Assembly (NCBI GenBank): GCA_016181765.1
Contig: JACOYR010000005.1
Coordinates: 18,733 to 82,732 of the forward strand
Length of the DNA stretch: 64,000 nt
Source: Parcubacteria group bacterium
GTDB lineage: Bacteria; Patescibacteriota; Patescibacteriia; UBA2169
Direction: 5' to 3'
The translations under genes and the position numbers were made by a program. The notes beneath the pieces were generated by a model. It had not been told where the DNA came from and searched no databases. It saw nothing but the letters and a program-made list of their open reading frames with translations. Positions 47,637-57,899 of this stretch are shown in pieces; within the stretch, counting starts at the first letter, position 1; the number at the start of each line of letters is the position of its first letter.

Positions 47637-48275
47637 ATGATACTTACGCGGAAACAGTATAGGCGGCTCAAGCGGCTCCTTAGCGTGGCCGTTTTTGCCA
47701 TTATATTTGAACTTGGGCTTCCTCCGGTTTCTTTGGCTGCATACGAGAATTATGCGGCGCTCGCGAACGGAGAAGCAAAACCCTATGAATACGGGGTATT
47801 TGGCGCACAGCCTTCGGTTGATTCGGAAACCATGGTGCTCTCGCGCGAAGAGCGGCTGGATGCGCCATACGCCCTTGATGCGGGCGAATACGCGGGATTG
47901 CCCATTGAAGAAGAGCCTACGGTCGTGCGAGAGCACTGGCTGACCGCGACCGCATACTCGTCCGAGCCCCGGCAGACTGATTCCACGCCGTTCACCACTG
48001 CCTGGATTACGCCGGTGCGCGACGGCGTGGTTGCCTTGAACTTTCTGCCCAAAGGATCAATGGTGCGGTTCCCGGACCTGTACGGGGACAAGGTGTTTAT
48101 TGTTGAGGACCGCATGAACGTGCGCTACCAGTACCGGGTTGACATTTGGATGAACACGCGCGCGGAAGCGAAACAGTTCGGCCTTAAGTACGTGCGCATG
48201 GAAGAGCTCGGCGGCCGCGTGCCGCGCGATTATGTGCTGACCCACTATGAGGCAGCGTTTCCGGGAATGAAGTAA
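47637..48275 (+). CDS. 3D-domain-like cell-wall protein
   Basis: TATAYSS..QTDSTPF, VALNFLPKGS, VEDRM, RVDIWM..AKQFG. Confidence 0.85.
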   Translation: MILTRKQYRRLKRLLSVAVFAIIFELGLPPVSLAAYENYAALANGEAKPYEYGVFGAQPSVDSETMVLSREERLDAPYALDAGEYAGLPIEEEPTVVREHWLTATAYSSEPRQTDSTPFTTAWITPVRDGVVALNFLPKGSMVRFPDLYGDKVFIVEDRMNVRYQYRVDIWMNTRAEAKQFGLKYVRMEELGGRVPRDYVLTHYEAAFPGMK

Positions 48276-48385
48276 TGAACACAAAATGTGTACGCGGGCC
48301 CAGCGTTAAGGTTAAGGCTGGATTTTTTTTAAGAGGTAGCGTATGGTGTATATACGGATTTGACGTTTCTCCGCGCCTGCGGCGC

Positions 48386-48459
48386 GGCCACGTGGCCGAG
48401 TGGTTAGGCAAGGGTCTGCAAAACCCTTTACACCGGTTCAATTCCGGTCGTGGCCTCCA
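48386..48459 (+). tRNA. tRNA-Cys(GCA)
   Basis: Cloverleaf; AGGGT-CT-GCA-AA-ACCCT; U73 and CCA. Confidence 0.97.
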
Positions 48460-48460
48460 T

Positions 48461-48497
48461 AACAAAACGACCCGCCGGTTCGGCGGGTCGTTTTGTT
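48461..48497 (+). terminator. Intrinsic terminator after tRNA-Cys
   Basis: AACAAAACGACCCGCC/GGCGGGTCGTTTTGTT perfect inverted repeat. Confidence 0.8.
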
Positions 48498-48652
48498 TGT
48501 GAACCGTTACCCTGGAGGTATCGGCTTTAGCGCCTGATAGTCTCCACAGCACTGTGTTCCACAAATAAAAAAGAAAGAGCGGATCTCTCTGTAGGGATCC
48601 AACGAATCATGAATGAATCGCTCTATCGCACAGAAAGACCGCAGGAAGTATA

Positions 48653-49549
48653 TCACGCGCGCGCGGCTGCGTCAACCATTTTTAGTTTAGCTTCTGTGGA
48701 TATCCCGCCTCCTCGGCGGGCAAGCCGCGCGAGGAGCGCGGTATTCTTGAGCAGCATGGCAACGGTCATGGGCCCCACGCCCCCGGGGACCGGGGAAATC
48801 CACGCAGCTTTCTTTTTGCAGGATGCATCAACGTCACCGGTAATCTTTCCATCAACTTCCGAGGTTCCTACGTCAATCAGTATGCACCCTTCTTTAATCA
48901 TATCGCGAGTGAGCCAGCCCGGCGTGCCCACTGCGGTGATGACAATGTCCGCTTTTTGGGTTTTTTCCGCAATGCGAGGATCCCCGGGCTGCGCGTGTAC
49001 CGGGGCGGCGCCGAATGAGGAGAGAGCGCGCGCGAGGATTTTGACGAATGCTTCGTGCCGGGCAATAATGGCCGCCTGTTTCCCGTGTAATACTTCGCCT
49101 GTTGCAGCGATGAGCTGCACGATTCCCGCAACCAGGCCGGGCATCATTTTTTGCGCGCCCAACCGCTCTGCCTGGATGTTTTTGGGGTGAAATCCGTCTA
49201 CGTCTTTTTTGTAATCCATTGCGGCAATGATCTTGTCTTCATCCAGGTGCGGAGGGAGCGGGAGCTGTATGAGCATAGCATGAATGCCGGGGTCCTCGTT
49301 AAGCCAGCGGACGGTTTGCAGGATTTCGCCTTCTGCCGCATGTTCGCCAAACCGGTACAGGTGAAAATCAATCCCCACCTTTTGGGAAGCTTTCTGCTTG
49401 AGGGACACGTACCGTTCGCTTGCCGGATCATTTCCAACCAGAATCACGGCCAGGCCCGCTTTGAGCTTGAGTTTTTTAATCTGTTCCGCAACTTTTTCCT
49501 GGATTTCATCAGCAATGGATTTTCCGTCTATCTTGTCTGCGTCTGCCAT
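48653..49549 (-). CDS. folD: Methylenetetrahydrofolate dehydrogenase/cyclohydrolase
   Basis: IDGKSIA, LAVILVGNDPAS..YV..K, IQLPLP, KDVDGFH, PVPGGVGPMTVAML. Confidence 0.95.
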   Translation of the reverse strand: MADADKIDGKSIADEIQEKVAEQIKKLKLKAGLAVILVGNDPASERYVSLKQKASQKVGIDFHLYRFGEHAAEGEILQTVRWLNEDPGIHAMLIQLPLPPHLDEDKIIAAMDYKKDVDGFHPKNIQAERLGAQKMMPGLVAGIVQLIAATGEVLHGKQAAIIARHEAFVKILARALSSFGAAPVHAQPGDPRIAEKTQKADIVITAVGTPGWLTRDMIKEGCILIDVGTSEVDGKITGDVDASCKKKAAWISPVPGGVGPMTVAMLLKNTALLARLARRGGGISTEAKLKMVDAAARA

Positions 49550-49552
49550 AGG

Positions 49553-50845
49553 CTACTCTCCGGGTGTTTCGTAGGTCCAGCCTTCATAGAGCGGGTGGGA
49601 GGCGGTCATCTCGCGGACGCGGGCGGCCACGCCCTCCCGCACGTCTCTTTGAGTGGAATTGTGCAATACGTGCGCTATCATTTCTCCGACCTGGGTGAGT
49701 TCATCCTCGTCAAAGCCGCGGGTCGTAAGCGCTGCAGTGCCCACGCGCAGTCCGGACGGGTCCATGGGTTTGCGCGGGTCATAGGGGATCATGTTCTTGT
49801 TCGTGTAAATGCCCACGCCGTCAAGCGCATGCTCCGCTTCTTTTCCGGAGAGTCCGGTGGCGGTCAGATCCAGGAGCACTAAGTGGTTGTCCGTGCCGCC
49901 GGACACCAAATCAATGCCGTTATTCATGAGGCTCGCGGCCAGTGCTTGCGCGTTTTTGATGATGTTTTCCGCATAGTCCGCAAACGAAGGGTGCAAGGCT
50001 TCCTTAAACGCAACCGCCTTGGCCGCAATCACGTGGTCAAGCGGGCCGCCCTGCATAAATGGAAATACCGCAAAGTCCACTTTTTGCGCGAGGTTCTTTT
50101 TGCCGTCCGGCCGCAGGCGGTCTTCTGTTTTGGAGAAAATCGCGGCTCCCCTTGGGCCGCGCAGGGTCTTGTGCGTGGTGGTGGTGACCACGTCCGCGTA
50201 CGGGAACGGCGAGGGGTATGCTTCGCCCGCCACCAGGCCCGCGAAGTGCGCCATATCAACCATCAAGTAGCTGCCGACTTCGTCCGCGATTTTTTTGAAT
50301 GCCTTAAAGTCAAGTATCCGCGTGTACGCGGTGTAGCCCGCGAGCAGCACCCGCGGTTTTTCGCGTACCGCGATCTCCCGCACCTCATCCATGTCAATCA
50401 GGTGCGTGTCCCGGCGCACGCCGTAGGGGACAATCTTAAAAAGCTTGCCGGAAAAATTAACCGGCGAGCCGTGCGTGAGGTGGCCGCCCATGGCAAGGTC
50501 CATGGCCATGACTTTGTCACCGGGCTCTGCCAGGGCAAAGTAGGCTGCCATGTTTGCCTGGGAGCCCGCGTGCGGCTGCACGTTGGCGTGCTCTGCGCCG
50601 AAGAGCTCGCACGCCCGGTCGCGCGCCAGATTCTCTATCACGTCAATGAACTCGTTGCCCCCGTAGTAGCGCTTGCCCGGGTAGCCTTCGGAGTATTTAT
50701 TCGTCAGCGGCGAGCCCAGGGCCTCCAGGACGCTGCGCGAAACCAGATTTTCCGAAGCAATCATTTCCAGGCCGGTTCTCTGCCTCGCGATCTCGTTCTC
50801 AATTTGTTTCGCTACCTCCGGGTCGGACTTCTGTAAATTTTGCAT
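49553..50845 (-). CDS. glyA: Serine hydroxymethyltransferase
   Basis: [41 protein letters not shown]. Confidence 0.98.
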   Translation of the reverse strand: MQNLQKSDPEVAKQIENEIARQRTGLEMIASENLVSRSVLEALGSPLTNKYSEGYPGKRYYGGNEFIDVIENLARDRACELFGAEHANVQPHAGSQANMAAYFALAEPGDKVMAMDLAMGGHLTHGSPVNFSGKLFKIVPYGVRRDTHLIDMDEVREIAVREKPRVLLAGYTAYTRILDFKAFKKIADEVGSYLMVDMAHFAGLVAGEAYPSPFPYADVVTTTTHKTLRGPRGAAIFSKTEDRLRPDGKKNLAQKVDFAVFPFMQGGPLDHVIAAKAVAFKEALHPSFADYAENIIKNAQALAASLMNNGIDLVSGGTDNHLVLLDLTATGLSGKEAEHALDGVGIYTNKNMIPYDPRKPMDPSGLRVGTAALTTRGFDEDELTQVGEMIAHVLHNSTQRDVREGVAARVREMTASHPLYEGWTYETPGE

Positions 50846-50925
50846 ATGGTTTAGATGAAAAACGCGGACCCCCATCCGCTTATACTGGTATCATACCGCG
50901 CTTGCCGCGTTTGTCAAAATAAAGA

Positions 50926-50964
50926 GGGGCGGCTGCTGATTTTTCCGAATCAGCGGCCGCCCCC
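50926..50964 (-). terminator. Hairpin terminator after the 528-aa ORF
   Basis: GGGGCGGCTGCTGATT/AATCAGCGGCCGCCCC inverted repeat. Confidence 0.6.
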
Positions 50965-50995
50965 GTGCGTAATGCCGTTTTAGGGCATCTTTGAT

Positions 50996-52582
50996 CTATA
51001 CCAGGAGGTGCCCGAGCCCTGCTTCCATCTTTGAGCAATGTGTTCTGTAGGCAGGGGCGCTCACAAAGCCGATTACCGCGTTGCCTGCGGTGTTCCAAAT
51101 TGAGCTCTCCGGCTCTGTGCCGAGCAGCAGCAGCAACTGCTCGCTTCGGCGCAGGGTTCCCTGAGTGTGATCAAGGTGCGCTCGCATGGTTTGTGGCGCA
51201 GGAAGCAGATGTCCTGATTCTTCGTGCGCCATCACCAGGCACCAGGGAGCGGATGGCGTATCAGGGTGTCCCAAGGAAACCGCAATGGGCCTGCCTCCCG
51301 GCACCTTGCCTTGCTTCCCGAAGGCAAGAACCGCGCCTTTTGGCTTTACTTTGTGCCCGTTTGCCATTGCCGCCAGAACAGAGGCGAATATGGACTGGCA
51401 CTTTGCACCGTCACCCGTAAGGTCAAAGCCGCCTATGGTGAGGCGCATTGCCAAGTCTGAAAGCACGTCCGCCGCGCGTTCGCCTTGCATTGAGCGGTCC
51501 ACAACCTGCTCAACCACGGTCAGGGTGAGCGCACAAGCGATATACGTGCTGTCCAGCAGTTCCATAGTGCCCGTGGTTCCGTCAGTTCCGCTGAACGACA
51601 TCGCCGTATGGACCATCGGGGAGCTTGCTGGAGCGTACATCCGCCGTTCGCTCGTGACGGAGCCTGTCCCGTCGTCCGTGGTGATGCGCACCATCCCATT
51701 ACTCAACCAGATGTTGCCGTGGTCGCGTATGAGGTCGTCGACGGTGTCGGGAAGCCCGGGTTTCTGTTCGCAGATGAGTTGGTAAATGCATGCGCTGTAC
51801 GCCGCATGGTTCTGCGCGGTGACGTCTCCTTTAGCTACGGAACCGATGTTCATGAACAGAGCCCCCAGGAATTCAGCCACCAACTCTTCCGCGGTTACGA
51901 CGAGGTTGAGCAGAATCTTGAGGTGGTGCACGCACCACATTGCCTCTAAGCTGTACTGGAAGAGGCAATGCGCGCTTTGGTCATCCAACGGCGGCAAGCC
52001 TTTTAGTTCGGCAAGCCGTTGTCCGTCGCCGTTCAGCAGGTTCTCGGCGATGGGTAGCATCACCTCTTGTAGTTCCGGAAGCGCTTCGCGCGCTTCGGTG
52101 AGCTGCTGGATGACAATGGGATCGCGCGTGTCATGGTGCGTGTCCAGGGGCTTCCCCATAAGGTTGTGGACGAGCGCGGTGCTGCACCTAATGAGATGCA
52201 CCACCCTGTCCCGCGCGTACTTCGCGCTCGTGCGGTAGAGCCTCGTCTTGGTAGTTCTGCTTTGCGTTCGGCTGCTGGTGGCCTTTCCGAAGAGCTCATC
52301 CTTGCGGCTCTTGAGTTCGTTTGGAATGAATACGACGAGTACTTCGGGGATGTGCCGCTCAATGAGCCAGTCAACTTGCTTGGATTCAATCGGCCCCTTG
52401 CTCGGGATCGGAGTGCTGGTAGCTTTCCATGTTTCTGGTCTGACTGCTTCGGCTGCATACACCCGCCAGCCGCTTTCTAGGTGAAGCCTGATTTCCGAGG
52501 GAGTGGCATACGCTGAAAATACGCGTTTTTCCCTCCGGTCGTTTCCTGTGACGAATTCGTTGGTACCATGATATTCTCGCAT
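50996..52582 (-). CDS. Hypothetical protein, degenerate HD-GYP-like architecture
   Basis: VHH..LGALFMNIG..QNHAAYS..LIRDHGN follows the spacing of H..ALLHDIG..HP..HHE; AAGGAG SD. Confidence 0.5.
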   Translation of the reverse strand: MREYHGTNEFVTGNDRREKRVFSAYATPSEIRLHLESGWRVYAAEAVRPETWKATSTPIPSKGPIESKQVDWLIERHIPEVLVVFIPNELKSRKDELFGKATSSRTQSRTTKTRLYRTSAKYARDRVVHLIRCSTALVHNLMGKPLDTHHDTRDPIVIQQLTEAREALPELQEVMLPIAENLLNGDGQRLAELKGLPPLDDQSAHCLFQYSLEAMWCVHHLKILLNLVVTAEELVAEFLGALFMNIGSVAKGDVTAQNHAAYSACIYQLICEQKPGLPDTVDDLIRDHGNIWLSNGMVRITTDDGTGSVTSERRMYAPASSPMVHTAMSFSGTDGTTGTMELLDSTYIACALTLTVVEQVVDRSMQGERAADVLSDLAMRLTIGGFDLTGDGAKCQSIFASVLAAMANGHKVKPKGAVLAFGKQGKVPGGRPIAVSLGHPDTPSAPWCLVMAHEESGHLLPAPQTMRAHLDHTQGTLRRSEQLLLLLGTEPESSIWNTAGNAVIGFVSAPAYRTHCSKMEAGLGHLLV

Positions 52583-52728
52583 GGCCTATCGCTCCTTGAT
52601 TATGAGATGCAGTTTGATGCAGTGTAAAGTCCAAATTGGGAATGTGCGTTGGTTTGCTAAATTGTTTTTATCACTTTTCTATATTTTTGTCAATATTTTG
52701 GTTGCCAGCGCTTCGGCAAGATGGTACG

Positions 52729-53739
52729 ATGTTTCATATGAAAGCAGGATTTTTTTTACCTCTGGCAGTACTCATTTTGTTCGCGGGAACGCCGCAAACG
52801 CTTGCCAAGGAGGCTGACCCCGCCAGCGCTCCTTGGCAAGCGAAGGATTATTTTTCCTTTGTCGCGGAGGTGCGCGTTCCCGAGGAAGGGGCGCGGGACG
52901 TGGTTGCGGCCGGGGGCGTGGTTGACATCAACAATCCGGTGGCGCAGGACGTGCTTGCTCTCGGGGGAACGGTCATCATCCAGTCGCAGGTATCGGGGGA
53001 CGTGCGACTGGCCGGAAAGCGCGTGGTGATTGCATCCGACATCAGCGGCAACGCGGCAGTGCTCGCGCAGACCGTTGAGATCAGGCCCGGCAGCACCATC
53101 GCGGGTTCCATGGAAATACGCGCCAAGGACGTGGTGATTGAGGGAACCATTCTCGGCGACGCGCACATTGCCGCGGAAACGCTTTTGCAGAACGGCACTA
53201 TCGGCGGAGAACTCACGCATGACCCCATTGGCACGCCAGGCTATGAGCGCTCTCCGATTGCGTGGTTTTTCCGCATCATAAGCCTGTTCGGCATGCTGGT
53301 TACCGGCCTCGTGCTGGTGAGCGTCACTCCGTTGCTGGTGCGCTACATGGTGCGCGAATCAATAAAAAATCCGGGCCGCGATATTCTCTGGGGCGTTGCC
53401 GCCTTGGCGCTCGTGCCCATTGCCGCCTTGGTGCTTAGCCTTACGGTTATCGGGTTTCCGCTGGGCGTGATTCTGGGAACGAGTTTGTTCGTTGCGCTGT
53501 ATATTGCCAAGATTCTGGTTGGTATTGCGCTCGGCACGTACCTCATTGGCGCGTTCCGCGGGCGCGAGGAGGCGCAGAAAGCATCCCTGCTCTGGACCAT
53601 GGTGCTCGGTATCGCCGTGCTCTGGCTCGTTATCGGCATTCCGAGCATTGGCTGGCTCTTGAAGCTCGTTGCTCTGGTATGGGGTTTGGGCATGCTCGTG
53701 CGCCTTGGATTCCGTTTGTTTAAGGCGCTGGAATCTTAA
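52729..53739 (+). CDS. Bactofilin-like (beta-helix) membrane protein
   Basis: Repeats DVVAAGGVVDI/DVLALGGTVII/DVRLAGKRVVI followed by 4-5 TM helices. Confidence 0.75.
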   Translation: MFHMKAGFFLPLAVLILFAGTPQTLAKEADPASAPWQAKDYFSFVAEVRVPEEGARDVVAAGGVVDINNPVAQDVLALGGTVIIQSQVSGDVRLAGKRVVIASDISGNAAVLAQTVEIRPGSTIAGSMEIRAKDVVIEGTILGDAHIAAETLLQNGTIGGELTHDPIGTPGYERSPIAWFFRIISLFGMLVTGLVLVSVTPLLVRYMVRESIKNPGRDILWGVAALALVPIAALVLSLTVIGFPLGVILGTSLFVALYIAKILVGIALGTYLIGAFRGREEAQKASLLWTMVLGIAVLWLVIGIPSIGWLLKLVALVWGLGMLVRLGFRLFKALES

Positions 53740-53742
53740 GGT

Positions 53743-55077
53743 ATGGGCATCAATCCGAAAATTTTTAAGGCGTACGACATCCGCGGCATATACCCCGGCG
53801 AAGTCAATGAGCATGCCGCGCAGCGGATAGGGCGCGCGTTTGTCGCTTTTTCGGGCGCGCAAAAGATTATCGTGGGCCGTGACGGCCGCGTTTCTGGCCC
53901 GGCTCTGCACGCTTCTCTTGTGAAAGGCATCACCGAGGGGGGGGCTGATGTTTTGGACATCGGCCAGGCATCAACTGACATGTTCTACCACGCGTGCGGC
54001 TCAAAAGGATTGCCCGGCATTATGGTGACCGCGTCCCACAACCCGGCAGAGTACAACGGATTCAAGCTCGTCAAAAAGATGCCGGATCTGGTGAGCGGGG
54101 AGGATTTTCGTGACGCGGTTGCGGGAGCCGAGCTTGCCGCATCTCCTGCAAAGGGTTTGGTGAGCGAGCTGGACATCAAAGATGAGTACGGAAAGAAGAT
54201 GCGGTCGCTGATTGACACGAGCGCCATTCCCCGGGGATTGACGATTGTGGTTGATCCGGCAAACGGCATGGGCGGGGTTGCGTATGATAGTGCGTATAGC
54301 GGTTTGCCGGTGCATACGGTAAAACTGTTCTTTGAGCCGGACGGCACGTTCCCGAACCACGGGGGCGACCCCCTCAAAGAAGAAAACCGGCGCGACCTGT
54401 GCAGCCGCGTGAAAGCGGAAGGCGCTGATCTGGGGTTTGCGTTTGATACGGACGCGGACCGGTTTTTCGCGGTAGATGCGACAGGCACGTACGTTCCCAA
54501 TGACTTTCTCGGCGCTCTACTCGCCAAGTATTTGATTGAGAAGCACGGAGGCGGCACCATTGTGACGGACGCGCTCATCGGCTGGGCCATGCGGGATTTG
54601 GCCAAGGCGGCCGGAGGAAGCGTCTGCATGTCCCGCGTGGGGCACGTGTTCATCAAGCGGGAAATGGACAAGAACAAGGCGCTCTTCGGCGTTGAGAAGA
54701 GCGGGCACTACTATCTCCCTGATTTTTACTTTGCTGAGTCAGCCGTGGGCACGTCTTTGATGCTTTTGGAGATGCTCGGGCACTACGGCAAGCCGCTCCA
54801 TGAGCTCATTCGCCCTCTGCGCGAGAAGTACCACATGATTGAGCAGATGAATTTTGAGGTTAACGATCCAGATGCGGTGCTCGCCGCTGTCCGCGAGCGC
54901 TATTCGCCAAGCTGTGAGATTCAGGAATTGGACGGGATTTCCATCATTGCCGAAAACTGGCACGCGAACGTGCGCAAATCAAACACCGAACCCATGGTTC
55001 GGCTGAATGTGGAGGCGTTGGATAGGGGATTGATGGAACAAAAGCGGGACGAGCTTTTGAAGCTGATTCAAGGATAA
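53743..55077 (+). CDS. Phosphomannomutase/phosphoglucomutase
   Basis: IFKAYDIRG, VTASHNP, FDTDADR, EKSGHYY, VRKSNTEP. Confidence 0.95.
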   Translation: MGINPKIFKAYDIRGIYPGEVNEHAAQRIGRAFVAFSGAQKIIVGRDGRVSGPALHASLVKGITEGGADVLDIGQASTDMFYHACGSKGLPGIMVTASHNPAEYNGFKLVKKMPDLVSGEDFRDAVAGAELAASPAKGLVSELDIKDEYGKKMRSLIDTSAIPRGLTIVVDPANGMGGVAYDSAYSGLPVHTVKLFFEPDGTFPNHGGDPLKEENRRDLCSRVKAEGADLGFAFDTDADRFFAVDATGTYVPNDFLGALLAKYLIEKHGGGTIVTDALIGWAMRDLAKAAGGSVCMSRVGHVFIKREMDKNKALFGVEKSGHYYLPDFYFAESAVGTSLMLLEMLGHYGKPLHELIRPLREKYHMIEQMNFEVNDPDAVLAAVRERYSPSCEIQELDGISIIAENWHANVRKSNTEPMVRLNVEALDRGLMEQKRDELLKLIQG

Positions 55078-55095
55078 TTGACCCAAAGGTGATTA

Positions 55096-55192
55096 GTAAA
55101 AGGCATATGCTCACGATTTAGCGGGACCCCCCGCTTGCCCGAGGCGTAACTCGGTCAAGCGTACCCGATAATCGTTCGCATATGCCTTTTAC
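55096..55192. repeat. Long irregular hairpin element (family 2), copy 2
   Basis: Outer stem GTAAAAGGCATATGC/GCATATGCCTTTTAC; apical CCGAG-GCGTAA-CTCGG. Confidence 0.7.
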
Positions 55193-56163
55193 CTGACTCC
55201 TATTTTTTCTCTGACCTCGCGCATGGTTTGTTGCGCGATTTTTTGCGCGGCCTCGGCACCTTCAATCAATATTTCACCGATGCGCTCCCGTTCTTTTTCC
55301 AATGCGGCCCTGCGTTCGCGGATCGGTTTTAGGTGGCTGATGATGGTGTTGGCAACCACGTCTTTTAGGTCAGAGTACTGCAGTGAACCTTTTTTGTGCT
55401 GGCGCTTGAGTTCGTCCGCGAGTTTTTCGCCACCCAATGCCTCAAGAATCGCGAACAAGTTCTCAACCCCGGGAGATTTTTCACGGCCCTCGGTTGCCGT
55501 AACCGCGCACCGGACTTTCTTTTTGATCACCTCATCAGAATCCGAGAGCGCGATGTAGTGCTTGTCTCCGAGGGACTTGGACATTTTTTTTGTTGGGTCG
55601 GATAAAGACATCACGCGCGCCTGCTTGGTCAAAAGCGGTTTTGGTTCGGGGAATAGTTTTCCGAACGCCTTGTTAAATCGGCGGCTAATCACGCGCATCA
55701 GCTCCACGTGCTGGACCTGGTCTTCGCCCACTGGCACCAGGTTTGCTTTGTACAAGAGCACGTCAGCGGCCTGGAGCACGGGGTAGGTGAATAAGCCGGC
55801 ATTGATGTTTTGCTTGTTCTGTTCGGACTTGTCTTTGTACTGCGTCATGCGTTCCAATTCGGCGATCGGCGTCAGTGTATTAAAAATCCACCCTAGCTCC
55901 GTATGTTCCGCAACCTGGGACTGGACGAAGAGCGTTGCTTTTTCCGGATCAATGCCGCACGCCAACAGGTCAAGCGCCAAGCCGCTGATTCGTTCCGGCA
56001 GCTTCTTTGGGTCATACTCAATAGTCATCGCATGGTAGTCCACAATGCAGAATATGGACTCATGCTCATGCTGGAGGTCTGTCCATTGCTTGACCGCGCC
56101 CAGGTAGTTGCCGAGGTGCAGAGCGCCGGTTGGCTGGATTCCGGAGAAGATGAGATTTTTCAT
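55189..56163 (-). CDS. trpS: Tryptophan--tRNA ligase
   Basis: SGIQPTGALHLGNY, YPVLQAAD, VPVGEDQ, KMSKS. Confidence 0.98.
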   Translation of the reverse strand: MKNLIFSGIQPTGALHLGNYLGAVKQWTDLQHEHESIFCIVDYHAMTIEYDPKKLPERISGLALDLLACGIDPEKATLFVQSQVAEHTELGWIFNTLTPIAELERMTQYKDKSEQNKQNINAGLFTYPVLQAADVLLYKANLVPVGEDQVQHVELMRVISRRFNKAFGKLFPEPKPLLTKQARVMSLSDPTKKMSKSLGDKHYIALSDSDEVIKKKVRCAVTATEGREKSPGVENLFAILEALGGEKLADELKRQHKKGSLQYSDLKDVVANTIISHLKPIRERRAALEKERERIGEILIEGAEAAQKIAQQTMREVREKIGVR

Positions 56164-56172
56164 ATGCGTTTA

Positions 56173-57884
56173 CTATACCTTAAGCACCACAGGCAAGACC
56201 ATAGGCTCGCGCTCGGTTTCCTTGAACAGGAATTTGCCCAGATCATCCCGCAGCTTGGCGCGGATTTCGCCCCAGTCTTCGCTCTTTTTGGGCATTTTTT
56301 TCGGTTGCCCATGACCTTGCGGGTTTTGGTGTTGACCTGCACCACGACCACGACCATGCCGTCCGATGCCATGACCTGCCGGTCTTTCAATACCACGTTG
56401 CCCACGTCCCCGACTCCGAGCCCGTCCACGAACACTGGGCTCGTATCCACCTTGGTATCCGTGGCCCGGCCGCCGCGGGAATCAAACTCCGCGATTTGGC
56501 CGTTATCAAGCACCAAGATTTTTTCCGGCTTAAAGCCGTTGTCGCGCGCGAGCTTGGCCGCCTCGCGGAGCATGTAGTGGTATGCGTACACCGGAATGAA
56601 GTAGTCCGGCTTTACGGTATTCAAAATGAATGTGATGTCCTCGCGGTTGCCGTGGCCCGAGACGTGGATGTCCATGAGCTCGCCGTGGATCACGTTGTCG
56701 CTCTGCCGGTAGAGCTCATCCTTGAGCTTCTGGATGGTCGCCTCGTTGCCGGGAATGATGGAGGAGGAGAGGATCACGGTGTCGCTCTTTTTGAGGCGCA
56801 CGTTCTTGTGGCTGCCGGTGATGATGCGGGAGAGCACGGCATTGCCCTCGCCCTGGGCGCCGGTTGCGATGACCACGATTTTGTCGTCCGGAATATCGTC
56901 AATCTGGCTGATTTTAATCAGGGTTCCCTTGCGGGCCTTGATGTACCCGAACGTAGCCGCGATCTCAATGTTCATTTTCATGCTGTACCCGTCCAGCGCG
57001 ACTTTCTTGCCCAGCGCTTCCGCGGCGGCAATGATCCAGCCGATGCGCTCAATCTGCGAGGCGAACGTGCCGATGATGATCCTTCCGGGCGCGGTGCGGA
57101 TCAAGGTTTCCAGGTTTTTTTTCATCTCGTCCTGGGTCCCGCTCTTGCGCACGTCAATGGCGCCGAGAGACTCAAGCATCAGAATGCTCGGCCGCTTGAC
57201 TTTTGCGAGATGCCGGTAGTCAACAATGGGATTGCCGGTTCGGGAATCGCGTTCCAAGGTCCAGTCTCCGGGATGGATGATAGAGCCGGCCGGCGTTTCC
57301 AGAATCACGCCCACCGCGTCCATGATGGAGTGCTCAATCCGGAAGAACGAGACTTTGAACGCGCCGAACGTAAACCGGTCCGAGAGCGATTTGATGGTAA
57401 TGGGCTTGAGCCGGTTGGTTGATTTCGGCTCATAGTCTTCCTGCCGGTGCTTGACCATGGCCAGGGTCAGGGGGCGCCCCACAATGGCGGGGTAGCCGAG
57501 GCGGCCGAGCAGGATGGGGGATGCGCCGATGTGGTCCAAATGCCCGTGCGAGAAAATCACGGCGCGCACGTTCCGCTCCTTTCCCTTCAAGCAGGAGATG
57601 TTGGGGATGATGTAGTCAATGCCGTGCTGGTCCTCTTCCGGGAATTTCAGTCCCATATCCAGGATGATGATGTCATTGCCGTACTCAAATACGGTCATAT
57701 TCTTGCCGACCTCTTCCATGCCGCCGAGCGGGATGATTTTAAGCTTGTTCTGCTTGCCGGCCGCAGTACTTGGGAGTGTGGATGTTTTTTGGCCGCGGCC
57801 GGGCGGCCGCGGAGTAGCGCGGCCGCTCCTTCCGAAGCTTCGCCGGGGGCGGCGTTTTGCTGATTTAAGTTGTGTTGGAGTCAT
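56173..57884 (-). CDS. rnj: Ribonuclease J; frame broken near 56303 with C-terminal segment missing (possible assembly artefact)
   Basis: PLGGMEEVGKNM, SHGHLDHIG, TGAQGE, HVSGHG, VDGLG; expected tail DWGEIRAKLRDDLGKFLFKETEREPMVLPVVLKV* lies in another frame. Confidence 0.9.
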
Positions 57885-57899
57885 GTTTTGCCTAACTGA

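Noticed and set aside
50846-50995. ZTP or THF riboswitch upstream of glyA-folD
   Set aside because: The region holds only a terminator and a promoter with a short leader; no aptamer motif recognised
56173-56310. Programmed frameshift in rnj at the A run
   Set aside because: The conserved segment after VMGN (the P...SRGF motif and following helix) is missing, which a frameshift cannot explain; a deletion or gap is more likely
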